A stretch of DNA of 24,191 nt from a virus (Duplodnaviria > Caudoviricetes): positions 1 to 24,191 of the IMG/VR virus record IMGVR_UViG_3300020598_000051; one strand, written 5' to 3'. Below the pieces are notes generated by a model. It ran no database searches. It was not told the origin of the DNA and was given only the letters and a program-made list of their open reading frames with translations. A program made the position numbers and the translations under genes. Of the stretch, positions 7,862 through 16,632 are shown one piece after another. How positions within the stretch are numbered: the stretch's first letter is position 1; each line of letters begins with the position of its first letter.

Positions 7862-9780
7862 TCATTCAGCATATAAGAGTTAGCCCCGCCGATAGCGGCG
7901 GCGTCTCTAGCCGGTCTGGCAGCAACCGATGCCTGACGGCGACCCACGGCCTCGATAGCGCGGGTAAGCTCCTTCATCGAATCTGGGTTTGTCAGCAGTT
8001 CACCGAGCACCTCATCCGACCTTGATCGGAGGGTATCCCGGATTTTCTTCGGAACCGTACCGATTGCCCGCCGCAGCAAGCTGACTGGCGGCGTTCCGGC
8101 GAAGGCGTCCATGATGAGGTCGCCAGCGATCCCATCCGCATCCTGACGTTCGGCAAGGCGACGGGCCGTAGCCGAGTTTCCTAGCGCACGGCTAGTCAGT
8201 TCTGACGATGACACCTCGAAGTTGAGCCTGTCCGCCCATTTGGCCGCCGCCGCCTCGTCCGGCATGATGGCAGCAACCTTCGCCCGCATTTCGGGCGAGC
8301 GGAAATACTTGGTCATATCCCCCATCTTCGCGGTGTCATTGCCCATCTTGCCAAGCATGGATGAGACAGCGCCGATGCGGAATGCCTCCCGTTCGGCCTC
8401 AGGCATATGTTGCAAGGCAGATCGCAGTTCTTCCGCACCTATCTTGGTATCGAAGATTTTGCGACCTTCCTCCACCGCGTCCAAATATCGGGATGGGCCA
8501 GCCCATGCGTTCCGGGCAGCCGCATAGGCCGGATTATGCTGATCGACGACGCCGATAAGGTCATCGCGCATTGCGGAGAGGACGCGCGACTGATTAGCGT
8601 TCCCCTTACGGACGGCTTCTCCAACTATACCATCGACCTGCTTCTTCCACGCATCGATCTGGACCATGAGAGGCGCGTTTCTAACGTCTGCAATCCCGTA
8701 CTCGGTTTGTAGCGTTTTCCGGAAATCGGGGCTGCGTAGAACATGCTGGCCCCAACCGGTACTGGTGATCCGGTTCCAAGCCTGCTCAATTTCCGGAGCG
8801 GTTCGAGCATTGAAGTTGAAGGCTTCATCGTAGAGGGGGCGGGCCGCTTTCGCCCGTTCTGCCATCGTATCCTGAATGGCCTGATGTGCAGTCTTGCTGG
8901 TGCCGGTTAGCTGGCGCAGGTCAGTGCTCAAGCGTGCCATCTGTCCCTGCTGGCGACCTGTCAGGGCAGGGACGACTATGGTGCGGCCGGCACCTGGCGT
9001 TTGGGCTACACGTTCCACCAGGCCCCGGACGTTCTCACCACCGGCATCCGCCAGCGCGGCGACACCGGGACGGGCGGCCTGCAATTCTTGCGTTCGGGAC
9101 ATGAGAGCCGCCGGAGTGTCCGCGTCTCGCATGATGGCCCGACCGAGATCAGCGGCAACATTGGCGCGGGGGGAAATGGCGCCCCGGACTGCATTCACAA
9201 CCCCACCAGCCGCCCTCATCGTGTGAGGCAAAGCCGCCCCGACCACCCCGCCAATAAGAGCGCCGGAACCGGCCCCTTTGAGTCTTTCCCCAGGATTTGC
9301 CTCACCGGCACCGTAAGCAGCGCCCCCAGCCGCCCCGCCAAGAGCCATTCTGGCGACGGTCGGAAGTTTAGATAGTCCCGTTGCCGCCGCCGCTGCTCCC
9401 GATGCAGGCAACGTGGCCAGCGTTCCGGCAACAGCCCCGCCAATCTCTCCGGGCACTTTGATAGCTGTGGGGATCTGCTGATCGCGCCGCTGCTCGGCGG
9501 CAAGGTTTTCCTCATAGGTCCCGTTGCCGACCAGCTCATTTGTCTTGGCCGACAGCTCATCCGCCCATCCGAAGGTCATACCAGAAGCGAGCGAACGGAC
9601 CGCATCGTCTACATAGCCAAGGACGCCCTTGGATTGCTGTGGGACCGGCTGCCACGCCTTTCCATCATAGGCGAGCATTTCCTTGGTCTGCGGATTGACG
9701 GCGGTTTTGGCCTTCTGCCAGTTGCCGTCATCGCCGAGAAACATCGTTTCCCCGGTTTGGTCATTGACTGCGATAGGCAT
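7852..9780 (-). CDS. DNA ejection (pilot) protein, P22 gp16-position
   Basis: 642 aa, Ala/Gly-rich; GMTFGWADE motif and glycine-zipper hydrophobic segments; third of three ejection-type genes. Confidence 0.7.
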   Translation of the reverse strand: MPIAVNDQTGETMFLGDDGNWQKAKTAVNPQTKEMLAYDGKAWQPVPQQSKGVLGYVDDAVRSLASGMTFGWADELSAKTNELVGNGTYEENLAAEQRRDQQIPTAIKVPGEIGGAVAGTLATLPASGAAAAATGLSKLPTVARMALGGAAGGAAYGAGEANPGERLKGAGSGALIGGVVGAALPHTMRAAGGVVNAVRGAISPRANVAADLGRAIMRDADTPAALMSRTQELQAARPGVAALADAGGENVRGLVERVAQTPGAGRTIVVPALTGRQQGQMARLSTDLRQLTGTSKTAHQAIQDTMAERAKAARPLYDEAFNFNARTAPEIEQAWNRITSTGWGQHVLRSPDFRKTLQTEYGIADVRNAPLMVQIDAWKKQVDGIVGEAVRKGNANQSRVLSAMRDDLIGVVDQHNPAYAAARNAWAGPSRYLDAVEEGRKIFDTKIGAEELRSALQHMPEAEREAFRIGAVSSMLGKMGNDTAKMGDMTKYFRSPEMRAKVAAIMPDEAAAAKWADRLNFEVSSSELTSRALGNSATARRLAERQDADGIAGDLIMDAFAGTPPVSLLRRAIGTVPKKIRDTLRSRSDEVLGELLTNPDSMKELTRAIEAVGRRQASVAARPARDAAAIGGANSYMLNDQR

Positions 9781-11414
9781 TATTCAATGATCCGGAAGCC
9801 GGTGGGAGGGGCCGGCGTCGAAGGTTGCGCCTGCGGCTCTGTACTGCCACCGCCCTGAACCAGAGAAACACCAGCGCGCTCAAGGTTCAGGATAGCCTCG
9901 GGAGGAAGCCCAAGCTGGATCGCCTGCGTTGCCCGTTGGCGAGCGGCCTTCTTCTGCGTGAGCACAGCTTTATCGTCGCCGGGACGCGGCAGATACATAT
10001 CGCCGTAGATGGATTCTTCTTCTTTGGTGATAGCGGCGCCGGTGTCCTTACGGAGGATGGACATCATCCACTCCCGCCCCGCCTGTTCGGCCTGCTGGTA
10101 TTCCTTCGATTTGAGATAGTTTCCGACCAGTGGTGCTTTCCCGCCGACGCTGTCAGAGAAAGACGCAAGCTTGTCCCCCAGAGCATCTAGGACTGGCATT
10201 GCCCCCACTGCGCGGGTCAGGAACACGGAATCCTTGGACTGCTGCTCTGTCAGCTTTCCACCCTTCATCGGCCCCTGCGTAAGGCTGACTGTACCATCCT
10301 TGTTGGTCGTGATCTGCATGCCGGTCGGAGCCTTCACGCCGCCCACGCGAGTATATTCTCCTGTCTTGGAGTCGTATCGGGCCTTATAGGGCTGGCCGGT
10401 ATTCTCATCGAACAATTCGACCAGGCGCGGATCATCGTTGGTGCGCTTCAGGTCGCGCTGGAAGTCCAGATAGCTACCTCTGTATCCGTCTCCCTTGGCG
10501 AACAGGTACTGGCGGACAGCTTCCGGCGTCTTGTTCTGCTCGAACTCTTGGTTCAAAGCCAGTTTGAGCGCATCGCGGGCATTGGCTGACAGGTTCGGCC
10601 TCGCCATCGCCCCAAGTAAATTCCGCGCTCTAGGCGACAGATTCGGGCCGCCGGCCTGCTGCTGGCCGGGGATTGCATATCCTTGTGTTAGCTGTGCGTT
10701 CGGCGGCATGGCGGCCGGGTCAGCACCGCTCGCGGGCACACCTGCCGCCTGAGCAAACCGCTGGCCGTACTGCTGAACTGACGTGCCAAGCTGGTCCTTG
10801 GCGTTCGGGTTGTTCATCCCGCCTTCGCCGGCAAACCACGCGCGGGCGGCACCTTCCGGACCGTATTTTGCGGCATATTGGCCGAAGCGATGTTTAAACA
10901 CGGCGTCTTGCGCTTGCGGATCAGCGAGGAATTCCTGCGGTGTCATCCGCTTGCCAAGGGCCGCCTGCGTCCACTCCGGGATATTGTTGCCCATGACCTG
11001 ATATTTGCCATAGGCGCGGTCGCCGGATTTCGTGACGAGCGGGCCGAGGGCGTCATATCGCCCGCCGGACTCAATGCCGGCGATGGCGTTGCCCCACGAT
11101 TGCGGGGCACTGGCGGATTGCCCGGAAGCCGACGGAATGCCGGTGATCGACGCAAAGGCCGCTTGATCTGCCTGCGCCTGTAGTCCGCGCGTGCGTTCAG
11201 CTTCCTGCAATCCCATGACCTTGATGCCAGCGTCGAGCTGGCCGGCGCCCATCAACTGGTCGATGGCAGAGCCGAAGTCGCGCTTCTGCAACGAGCGGCC
11301 AGCATCCCGCAACTGCCCTTCCTTCCGCCGCTCAGTGCCCCAGGCATAGCCCTTATCGAACTGGCTGAGCGCATCGAGGATCGACGGAACCTGAACCGTG
11401 AAGGGGTTTGTCAT
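9780..11414 (-). CDS. DNA ejection protein with a lysozyme-like/lytic transglycosylase domain, gp20-position
   Basis: AIAGIESGG (candidate catalytic Glu), AYGKYQVM and AARAWFAG motifs of the lysozyme-like fold; TAATG coupling to the next gene. Confidence 0.75.
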   Translation of the reverse strand: MTNPFTVQVPSILDALSQFDKGYAWGTERRKEGQLRDAGRSLQKRDFGSAIDQLMGAGQLDAGIKVMGLQEAERTRGLQAQADQAAFASITGIPSASGQSASAPQSWGNAIAGIESGGRYDALGPLVTKSGDRAYGKYQVMGNNIPEWTQAALGKRMTPQEFLADPQAQDAVFKHRFGQYAAKYGPEGAARAWFAGEGGMNNPNAKDQLGTSVQQYGQRFAQAAGVPASGADPAAMPPNAQLTQGYAIPGQQQAGGPNLSPRARNLLGAMARPNLSANARDALKLALNQEFEQNKTPEAVRQYLFAKGDGYRGSYLDFQRDLKRTNDDPRLVELFDENTGQPYKARYDSKTGEYTRVGGVKAPTGMQITTNKDGTVSLTQGPMKGGKLTEQQSKDSVFLTRAVGAMPVLDALGDKLASFSDSVGGKAPLVGNYLKSKEYQQAEQAGREWMMSILRKDTGAAITKEEESIYGDMYLPRPGDDKAVLTQKKAARQRATQAIQLGLPPEAILNLERAGVSLVQGGGSTEPQAQPSTPAPPTGFRIIE

Positions 11415-11416
11415 GG

Positions 11417-12076
11417 TCAGAACCCGCCGAATGCGCTGAGCGCCTTGCCAGCGAGGTTCATACCGGCTCCGAAGATGTTGTTCGCGCCCTGCGCCTGCGC
11501 CGTTGCGCCCGCCACCATGCCCTGACCGATGGTGCCGGCAGAGCCGTATTCACCAGTATAGGCGGTGCGCCGCGCGTTGAACTCATTGTTGAGGCCAGTA
11601 CCAGCCGTGCCAACCTGCGCGCCAGTGGCCTGCAATCCTTGTCCACCAAGGCCGGACAGGCGGTCCAGCCAGCTACCGAACTGCTTGTCGGCATAGTCAC
11701 TGCCAAATTTCTGGAGTGATTTGAGCGTGCCGCCGCTGTTCAGCAGCCCGGATGCCGCCCTGTTGCCCGTGATTGCGCTGCTGCCCTGCGTCAACCCTTC
11801 AAGATAGCCAGGGGACGCCCGAAAGTTCGCGATAGCAGCCTGTTGCGCCTCTGGCCCAGCAAGGCCGAGGGCGGCGAGATAGCTCTGCTGACCCTGTAAA
11901 CCTCCGGAGACAAACGGATCGAAGCTGCCTGCAAGCTGGGCGAACTGGTCACGGCTTTTCTCGCCGGCCAGGATCATCCGCAGGTTCGCTTCCTGCTGCT
12001 TCCGGTAGGTGTCAGCAGCGGCGGCGTTCGAGGCATCCGAGGCAGTCTTGCCGGATAGATCGTCGAAGAATCCCAT
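11417..12076 (-). CDS. DNA transfer protein, P22 gp7-like
   Basis: Ala/Gly/Gln-rich 219 aa with PF...G, F..SPGY and AASGLLNSGGTLK.L motifs typical of gp7-like proteins. Confidence 0.8.
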   Translation of the reverse strand: MGFFDDLSGKTASDASNAAAADTYRKQQEANLRMILAGEKSRDQFAQLAGSFDPFVSGGLQGQQSYLAALGLAGPEAQQAAIANFRASPGYLEGLTQGSSAITGNRAASGLLNSGGTLKSLQKFGSDYADKQFGSWLDRLSGLGGQGLQATGAQVGTAGTGLNNEFNARRTAYTGEYGSAGTIGQGMVAGATAQAQGANNIFGAGMNLAGKALSAFGGF

Positions 12077-12078
12077 GG

Positions 12079-12390
12079 TCAGGTATCCATGCGGCCGGAA
12101 GTGCGAAGGGCGGCCAGAAGGTCGTTGTGAGCGGTCGAGATGTCGGCAGTGTCCGCCGTGTCCGGATCAAGGTCCGGCTGGGCAGGCATTGCCGGGAAGG
12201 TCTTGGCGGTCAGGTCGTCAGATAGCGTGTCGATGCGCTGGTTGATCGCGGTGAGGCTGGTTTCCGTCCCGCCGCTCTGATCCTTGAGCGCCTCTTGAAG
12301 CGCGTAAATCTGCCGCTCCAGCCCCTCCAGATAGTCGGAGAGGGCCGGATCGATATCGACGCGCGGGAGCGTCGTCCTGCGTGTTGCCAT
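12079..12390 (-). CDS. Short coiled-coil virion protein, gp26 (tail needle) position
   Basis: Heptad pattern (LEGLERQIYALQEAL; LTAINQRIDTL), C-terminal NDLLAALRTSG; directly follows the gp10-like gene. Confidence 0.6.
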   Translation of the reverse strand: MATRRTTLPRVDIDPALSDYLEGLERQIYALQEALKDQSGGTETSLTAINQRIDTLSDDLTAKTFPAMPAQPDLDPDTADTADISTAHNDLLAALRTSGRMDT

Positions 12391-13802
12391 TACAGTCTCA
12401 GCGGCCGGACAGCGGCGTCGGCAGCGACAAGGCCGCGCGCGACAGGATCAGAGACGGACAGTTTCCACACGCGACCTTTCGGGCCGAACCGACCGAGACG
12501 ACGGCTAGTCACACGGGTCCGATATTGGCCGCGCTTGCCAAGCGAGAGATGGCGCGTGATCGGGAAGGTAGACCCGCCGTCATTGGACCACGACAGCATG
12601 ACGACCGGATCATATCCCTGATCGGAGGGAAGCAGCCGGCCATAGCCCGTTGCCATATCGAAGTGCATCGCGTCCACGATTGCGCCATTCGGGAAGGCGT
12701 GCATTGTGGGTGACACCACGTCCCAGATCATCGGCGCGCCGGCTTCGGTCGTCGTGTCGGAGTCGAAATAGTAGACATTACCGCCGAAGCGGTCGGCCAC
12801 GATGGTCTTGCCCCAAGCCTGAAAGGCATTGGAATGACGCCAGCGGGTTTTCTGGTGGCTCCTGCGCCTGTGCCAAACGCCAGTTGCGGCGTCGTAGGAA
12901 TAGGACCAGTCCGTTCCGGTGATGTTGTAGAAGCTATGGCCCTGACTGGCCCATGCCATGGCCTCGATACTCTCGGGAGCCGGGTCCGCCTCGATTGCGC
13001 GCTCAACCTCGTGATTGCTGATCCGGGTCGGTGTGTAGCCGTTCAGGCGATAAACGATGCCATCAGAGCCGACGAACAGGATTGAGCCGTCCGTCGAGAC
13101 AACGGAGTGCTTGGCAAGAAGGCCCTTCGGGATGGTGCTGGACCCGGATCGAGGGCGGAACGGGTCATCCGCAACGCCAGTCGGTGCCCAGACCTCCGTG
13201 ACCTTCGTGCCGAACAGGAACAGCTCCGACCGATCCACAAAACCGCGCACCAGCCGGTCCGGAAGCTGCTCCGCCGTGTAGAACGACAGACCGTCGATGA
13301 TCGTGGCCTCGGACTGCTCCGAATAGTACCAGCGGCCGGTATCTCCGAAATAGAGAACATAGCCGACGAGATAATCGACCGAATTGACGTCATGCGGCAG
13401 ATCCGGATCAACGATCCGCGTCACAGTATCCGACGAAATGACATAGCAGCCCACATCGGTCTGGACCACAATCTGCGGAATAGTCGCCTGATTGCGGGTG
13501 ATCGTGACCTTCGACGCGCCGGGGATGGTCCCGATCCGGGTCATGGTCCCGTCAGCAGTCAGTTTCCACGCGGATGACGAGTGCACCAGATATGCGCATT
13601 GCAGGTCGTCGCAATAGATCGCGCCACGGCACGGCGTATCAGGGCCAGACGCAAATGGCAGGGTGCCATCGCAGGCCATGATGCCCAGAACGCCCTTGGC
13701 GTCCTCGCCCAGCTTCTCCGCATAGGCATTGACCAGCGAGGTCACGCCCATAAAGGCGTATTTGCCCCGATTGGTCTGGAATGCGATGGGGACGGCGGTC
13801 AT
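12390..13802 (-). CDS. Packaged-DNA stabilization / tail hub protein, P22 gp10-like
   Basis: 470 aa; FYTAEQLPD, ELFLFG...TEVW, RISNHEVE, YDAATGVWH, LSWSNDGG.TF and G.Y.TR...RRLG motifs. Confidence 0.88.
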   Translation of the reverse strand: MTAVPIAFQTNRGKYAFMGVTSLVNAYAEKLGEDAKGVLGIMACDGTLPFASGPDTPCRGAIYCDDLQCAYLVHSSSAWKLTADGTMTRIGTIPGASKVTITRNQATIPQIVVQTDVGCYVISSDTVTRIVDPDLPHDVNSVDYLVGYVLYFGDTGRWYYSEQSEATIIDGLSFYTAEQLPDRLVRGFVDRSELFLFGTKVTEVWAPTGVADDPFRPRSGSSTIPKGLLAKHSVVSTDGSILFVGSDGIVYRLNGYTPTRISNHEVERAIEADPAPESIEAMAWASQGHSFYNITGTDWSYSYDAATGVWHRRRSHQKTRWRHSNAFQAWGKTIVADRFGGNVYYFDSDTTTEAGAPMIWDVVSPTMHAFPNGAIVDAMHFDMATGYGRLLPSDQGYDPVVMLSWSNDGGSTFPITRHLSLGKRGQYRTRVTSRRLGRFGPKGRVWKLSVSDPVARGLVAADAAVRPLRL

Positions 13803-14155
13803 CAGAAATAGCCGCCCTGCTGGACAGCGCCGGTCGGTGCCTTCGGGCCGATCTGACGCAGGGCGAAATTCGCCGCCTGTTTCGCGGCCTCTGCCTCGGC
13901 AATCGTGCCGAGCCCGAATGCCGGCCCCACATCAAGGGCAAGCCGCTTCGACAGCGCGACCAGGTAGGGACGTGCGACAGAGCCTGAGGACGTGTTCCAG
14001 AACTGAATGCTTTCAGCGGAAAGCTGGTCGAATACCGACTCCAGCGTCTCAATCCCGAACGCAAGATCATCCGGGGACGGGGCTTCCTCCGCAGAAATCA
14101 GGCTCAAGTCGCGCAAACAGCGCGTCACCACGTCCTGTTTGCTAAAGGTGCTCAT
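13802..14155 (-). CDS. Head-tail adaptor, P22 gp4-like
   Basis: SKQDVVTRCLRDL.LI...E.P.PDD helical N-terminus, LALDVGPAFG, C-terminal YF; immediately precedes gp10-like gene. Confidence 0.75.
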   Translation of the reverse strand: MSTFSKQDVVTRCLRDLSLISAEEAPSPDDLAFGIETLESVFDQLSAESIQFWNTSSGSVARPYLVALSKRLALDVGPAFGLGTIAEAEAAKQAANFALRQIGPKAPTGAVQQGGYF

Positions 14156-14781
14156 TGCTTCGCGAACCTGTCATAGAAATCGAATGTGTAGACCAGCGAG
14201 CCGACGTGGCCGCACTGGTTGGACAGATCATGGTCGATGTGGATGGTTTCACCGGCTGCGGTCAGCTTGCGGCAGAAATACATATCCTCGCCGGAATAGA
14301 CCTGTGCCTCATCGTTCCAGCGCACTTCAAAGTGCGGCTTGGCCGTCTGCTTCACTGCATCAAGGTTGAGCATGAACAGCGCCAATCCGACCGTGGCGAC
14401 CTGTTCGACACCCTTCCTGCCCTTTGATTCCACCCATTTCCCGTCCAATCCTTTGGCGGTGTAGTGCAGGTATTCCGGGTTCTTCCGCAGGGAGTTGACG
14501 CCGATGCACCGCTTATCTGCCGCATAGAGCGCATGGGCTAGATGTGGCGGAAACACCATGTCGTCATCGAGCCAGAGCATGTGCGTCCAGCCCTCAGACA
14601 GGCATTCATCGAGCATCCCCTGACGTGCTACGGACAGCAGGGAGCAGTTTTTGGCGACCTTGAGGGACACGTCCTCGAACAGAGGATTGACCCCGATGAA
14701 GGCGGTCATGTGGGCCAAGCAGCGCGTGAAGTCGGGAACATGGTCCCGGTTGGACACCACGCAGATCGCCAGTTTTGCCAT
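14152..14781 (-). CDS. GT-A fold (family 2-like) glycosyltransferase
   Basis: ARQ...E, THMLWLDDDM (DXD), GLALFML, SGEDMYFC and GHVG motifs; ATG at 14781; ATGA overlap with the gp4-like gene. Confidence 0.85.
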   Translation of the reverse strand: MAKLAICVVSNRDHVPDFTRCLAHMTAFIGVNPLFEDVSLKVAKNCSLLSVARQGMLDECLSEGWTHMLWLDDDMVFPPHLAHALYAADKRCIGVNSLRKNPEYLHYTAKGLDGKWVESKGRKGVEQVATVGLALFMLNLDAVKQTAKPHFEVRWNDEAQVYSGEDMYFCRKLTAAGETIHIDHDLSNQCGHVGSLVYTFDFYDRFAKQ

Positions 14782-14792
14782 CAATCACCATG

Positions 14793-14819
14793 AAAAAGGG
14801 CGGAGCCGAAGCCCCGCCC
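14793..14819 (-). terminator. Intrinsic terminator after the capsid and 188-aa genes
   Basis: GGGCGGGGC-TTCG-GCTCCGCCC-TTTTT on the minus strand. Confidence 0.85.
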
Positions 14820-14825
14820 GATTGA

Positions 14826-15392
14826 TCAGTCGTCACCGAGCATCATGAACGACACCGAGAAGGTGCCGTTCACGTCAATCCAGCCATCACCGTCAACGGT
14901 AGCGGCGGACCCGGAGAAGTTGAGGGCCATCTTGCAGGCCGTCGCCGTCCCGTTGACGACAGCACCATTGGTCACGGCCGATCCGGTCGTGGTGCCACTG
15001 GAAAGCGTCTGGCTAACAGCCTGCCCGATGTTCTCATTCGTACCGTCCCCGAGCGTGCCATCAGCAGCTTCCGCAATAGCGGTCGTGCCGATACCAATCT
15101 CGAATGCGGTATCGTTCGGAACGCCGGTCCCGTCAGACACATAGGACGTATAGTCCTGCCGCGACCCCAGGAACGAGATGGCCTGTTCTCCGAACTGGAA
15201 AAACGTGTAGGCGCCATATGATCCTGAGGTGGTAGCGTCAGTGACGGGAATGCGGACGCGGCGGAACCGAAAATCCGCCCGGACGACGTTGTGGTCCTTG
15301 ACCACGTCAACAACCTCAATCCAGCCCTGCGTGGGCTGGATCAAGGTTCCGAGGCCATCAAGGCCCGGATACGTGCGGTTGGGGAGAGTCAT
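14826..15392 (-). CDS. Thr/Ser/Gly-rich beta protein after the capsid gene, possible decoration protein
   Basis: 188 aa, 11 nt downstream of the capsid stop, AAAGGAGG RBS, lies before the terminator. Confidence 0.65.
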   Translation of the reverse strand: MTLPNRTYPGLDGLGTLIQPTQGWIEVVDVVKDHNVVRADFRFRRVRIPVTDATTSGSYGAYTFFQFGEQAISFLGSRQDYTSYVSDGTGVPNDTAFEIGIGTTAIAEAADGTLGDGTNENIGQAVSQTLSSGTTTGSAVTNGAVVNGTATACKMALNFSGSAATVDGDGWIDVNGTFSVSFMMLGDD

Positions 15393-15403
15393 TCAACCCT
15401 CCT

Positions 15404-16552
15404 TTACGCATCAGCCGGGGACGAGAAGAAGCCAGAGACGACGCCCCACTGCTTCAAGGACGTGCTTTCCTTGAAGAAGGTCTTGGCGACACCATAGCAC
15501 ATCTTGATGCCGGCACCCTTGATGAACTGGTAGTCCGTGGACTCCCGGAACGTCGGGGTCGGCATCTTCGCCCACGGCATGGCGAGGGCCGCCTGTCCGC
15601 AGAAGAACACCGGAGACACGCGCGAACTGCCGTTACCGCCGGTCGCGAGATTGCCGATAATGCCGGAGTCCCACACATCATCCACGAAATTATCGATCTC
15701 GGGGACTTCGCGGACGACCACGCCGTTGTACATCAGGTCGCCGTCCTGGAAGATGATGTTGTCCTTCGACCGGGGCAGGGCATCCGCATGGATTGTGTCC
15801 ATCGAAGCCCGGAAGTCTCGGAACGCCGTGGTGCCAGCGAAGGCCACGAAATAATCGTAGCCATCCTTGGTCTTGAACGGACGGATGCGCGGCTGGGCCA
15901 GCTTGGCAACCCGCTTGAGCAGGCTCACCGAATCGGTAACGAACCGATCGTTGGTCACGTCGATCTTGGCAAGATCGGTGACATGCGTGCCGGAGTAGTT
16001 GCCGACAGCATTGCCGTACAGAATGCGGTCGGAGTTGGCCGCCGCCCACGCATTCAGGCCGGTCGCCGTGGCGTCAGCATAAAGCTGTCCGTTCACGCGC
16101 TGTCCAGCACTGGACCCGAGGCCAGCCGGCGCCGTTTCGGACGGCAGGGCCATGAACGCCTGAATGATCTCGTCGCGCTGGAGCTCCTTGCCCCAGTCGG
16201 AGAGCATCGGCTTGGCCTCACCGAAGATATCGGCGGAGTCCTTCTGTTCCTCGGCGTCGTTGGTGGCGACCGCATGACGAGCCCAATCCACCCAGACACG
16301 CATGCCGTAGTTGGAGATGGCCTCTTCCTGATCAGTCAGGGTGCCGGTGGACTTCGCCGCGCCGGACAGAGAGCGGACCAGCGGAACGTTGACCTGCTCG
16401 CCGCCCTTCTTGTTGTCGTAGATGGTGCGGATGATCGAGGTCGGCGCATCGCCCATATAGGGCGAGAACATGTTTTCGCGGACGAATTCCTTGATCAGTT
16501 CCTTGCGGTACTGGACAAGCTTGTTATTCGCCTGGGGGGTCGTGATAGCCAT
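15404..16552 (-). CDS. Major capsid protein (DUF4043-like)
   Basis: 382 aa after scaffold; RENMFSPYMG...SII, GEQVNVPLV..L and FCGQAAL..PWA pattern of this capsid group. Confidence 0.85.
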   Translation of the reverse strand: MAITTPQANNKLVQYRKELIKEFVRENMFSPYMGDAPTSIIRTIYDNKKGGEQVNVPLVRSLSGAAKSTGTLTDQEEAISNYGMRVWVDWARHAVATNDAEEQKDSADIFGEAKPMLSDWGKELQRDEIIQAFMALPSETAPAGLGSSAGQRVNGQLYADATATGLNAWAAANSDRILYGNAVGNYSGTHVTDLAKIDVTNDRFVTDSVSLLKRVAKLAQPRIRPFKTKDGYDYFVAFAGTTAFRDFRASMDTIHADALPRSKDNIIFQDGDLMYNGVVVREVPEIDNFVDDVWDSGIIGNLATGGNGSSRVSPVFFCGQAALAMPWAKMPTPTFRESTDYQFIKGAGIKMCYGVAKTFFKESTSLKQWGVVSGFFSSPADA

Positions 16553-16584
16553 TGGAGCGTCCTTTCAGAGCGCCCGCGACAGCA

Positions 16585-16607
16585 AAAAGCCCGCCTCTGA
16601 GCGGGCC
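16585..16607 (-). terminator. Terminator-like hairpin between scaffold and capsid genes
   Basis: GGCCCGC-TCAGAG-GCGGGCT followed by TTTT on the minus strand. Confidence 0.65.
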
Positions 16608-16632
16608 ATTCCTTCTCGTGATGTGCTGTCGT

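Noticed and set aside
14152-14781. Glycosyltransferase as a gtrABC serotype-conversion cassette
   Set aside because: No GtrA flippase or membrane transferase, no TM segments, and it lies in the late structural operon rather than near att.
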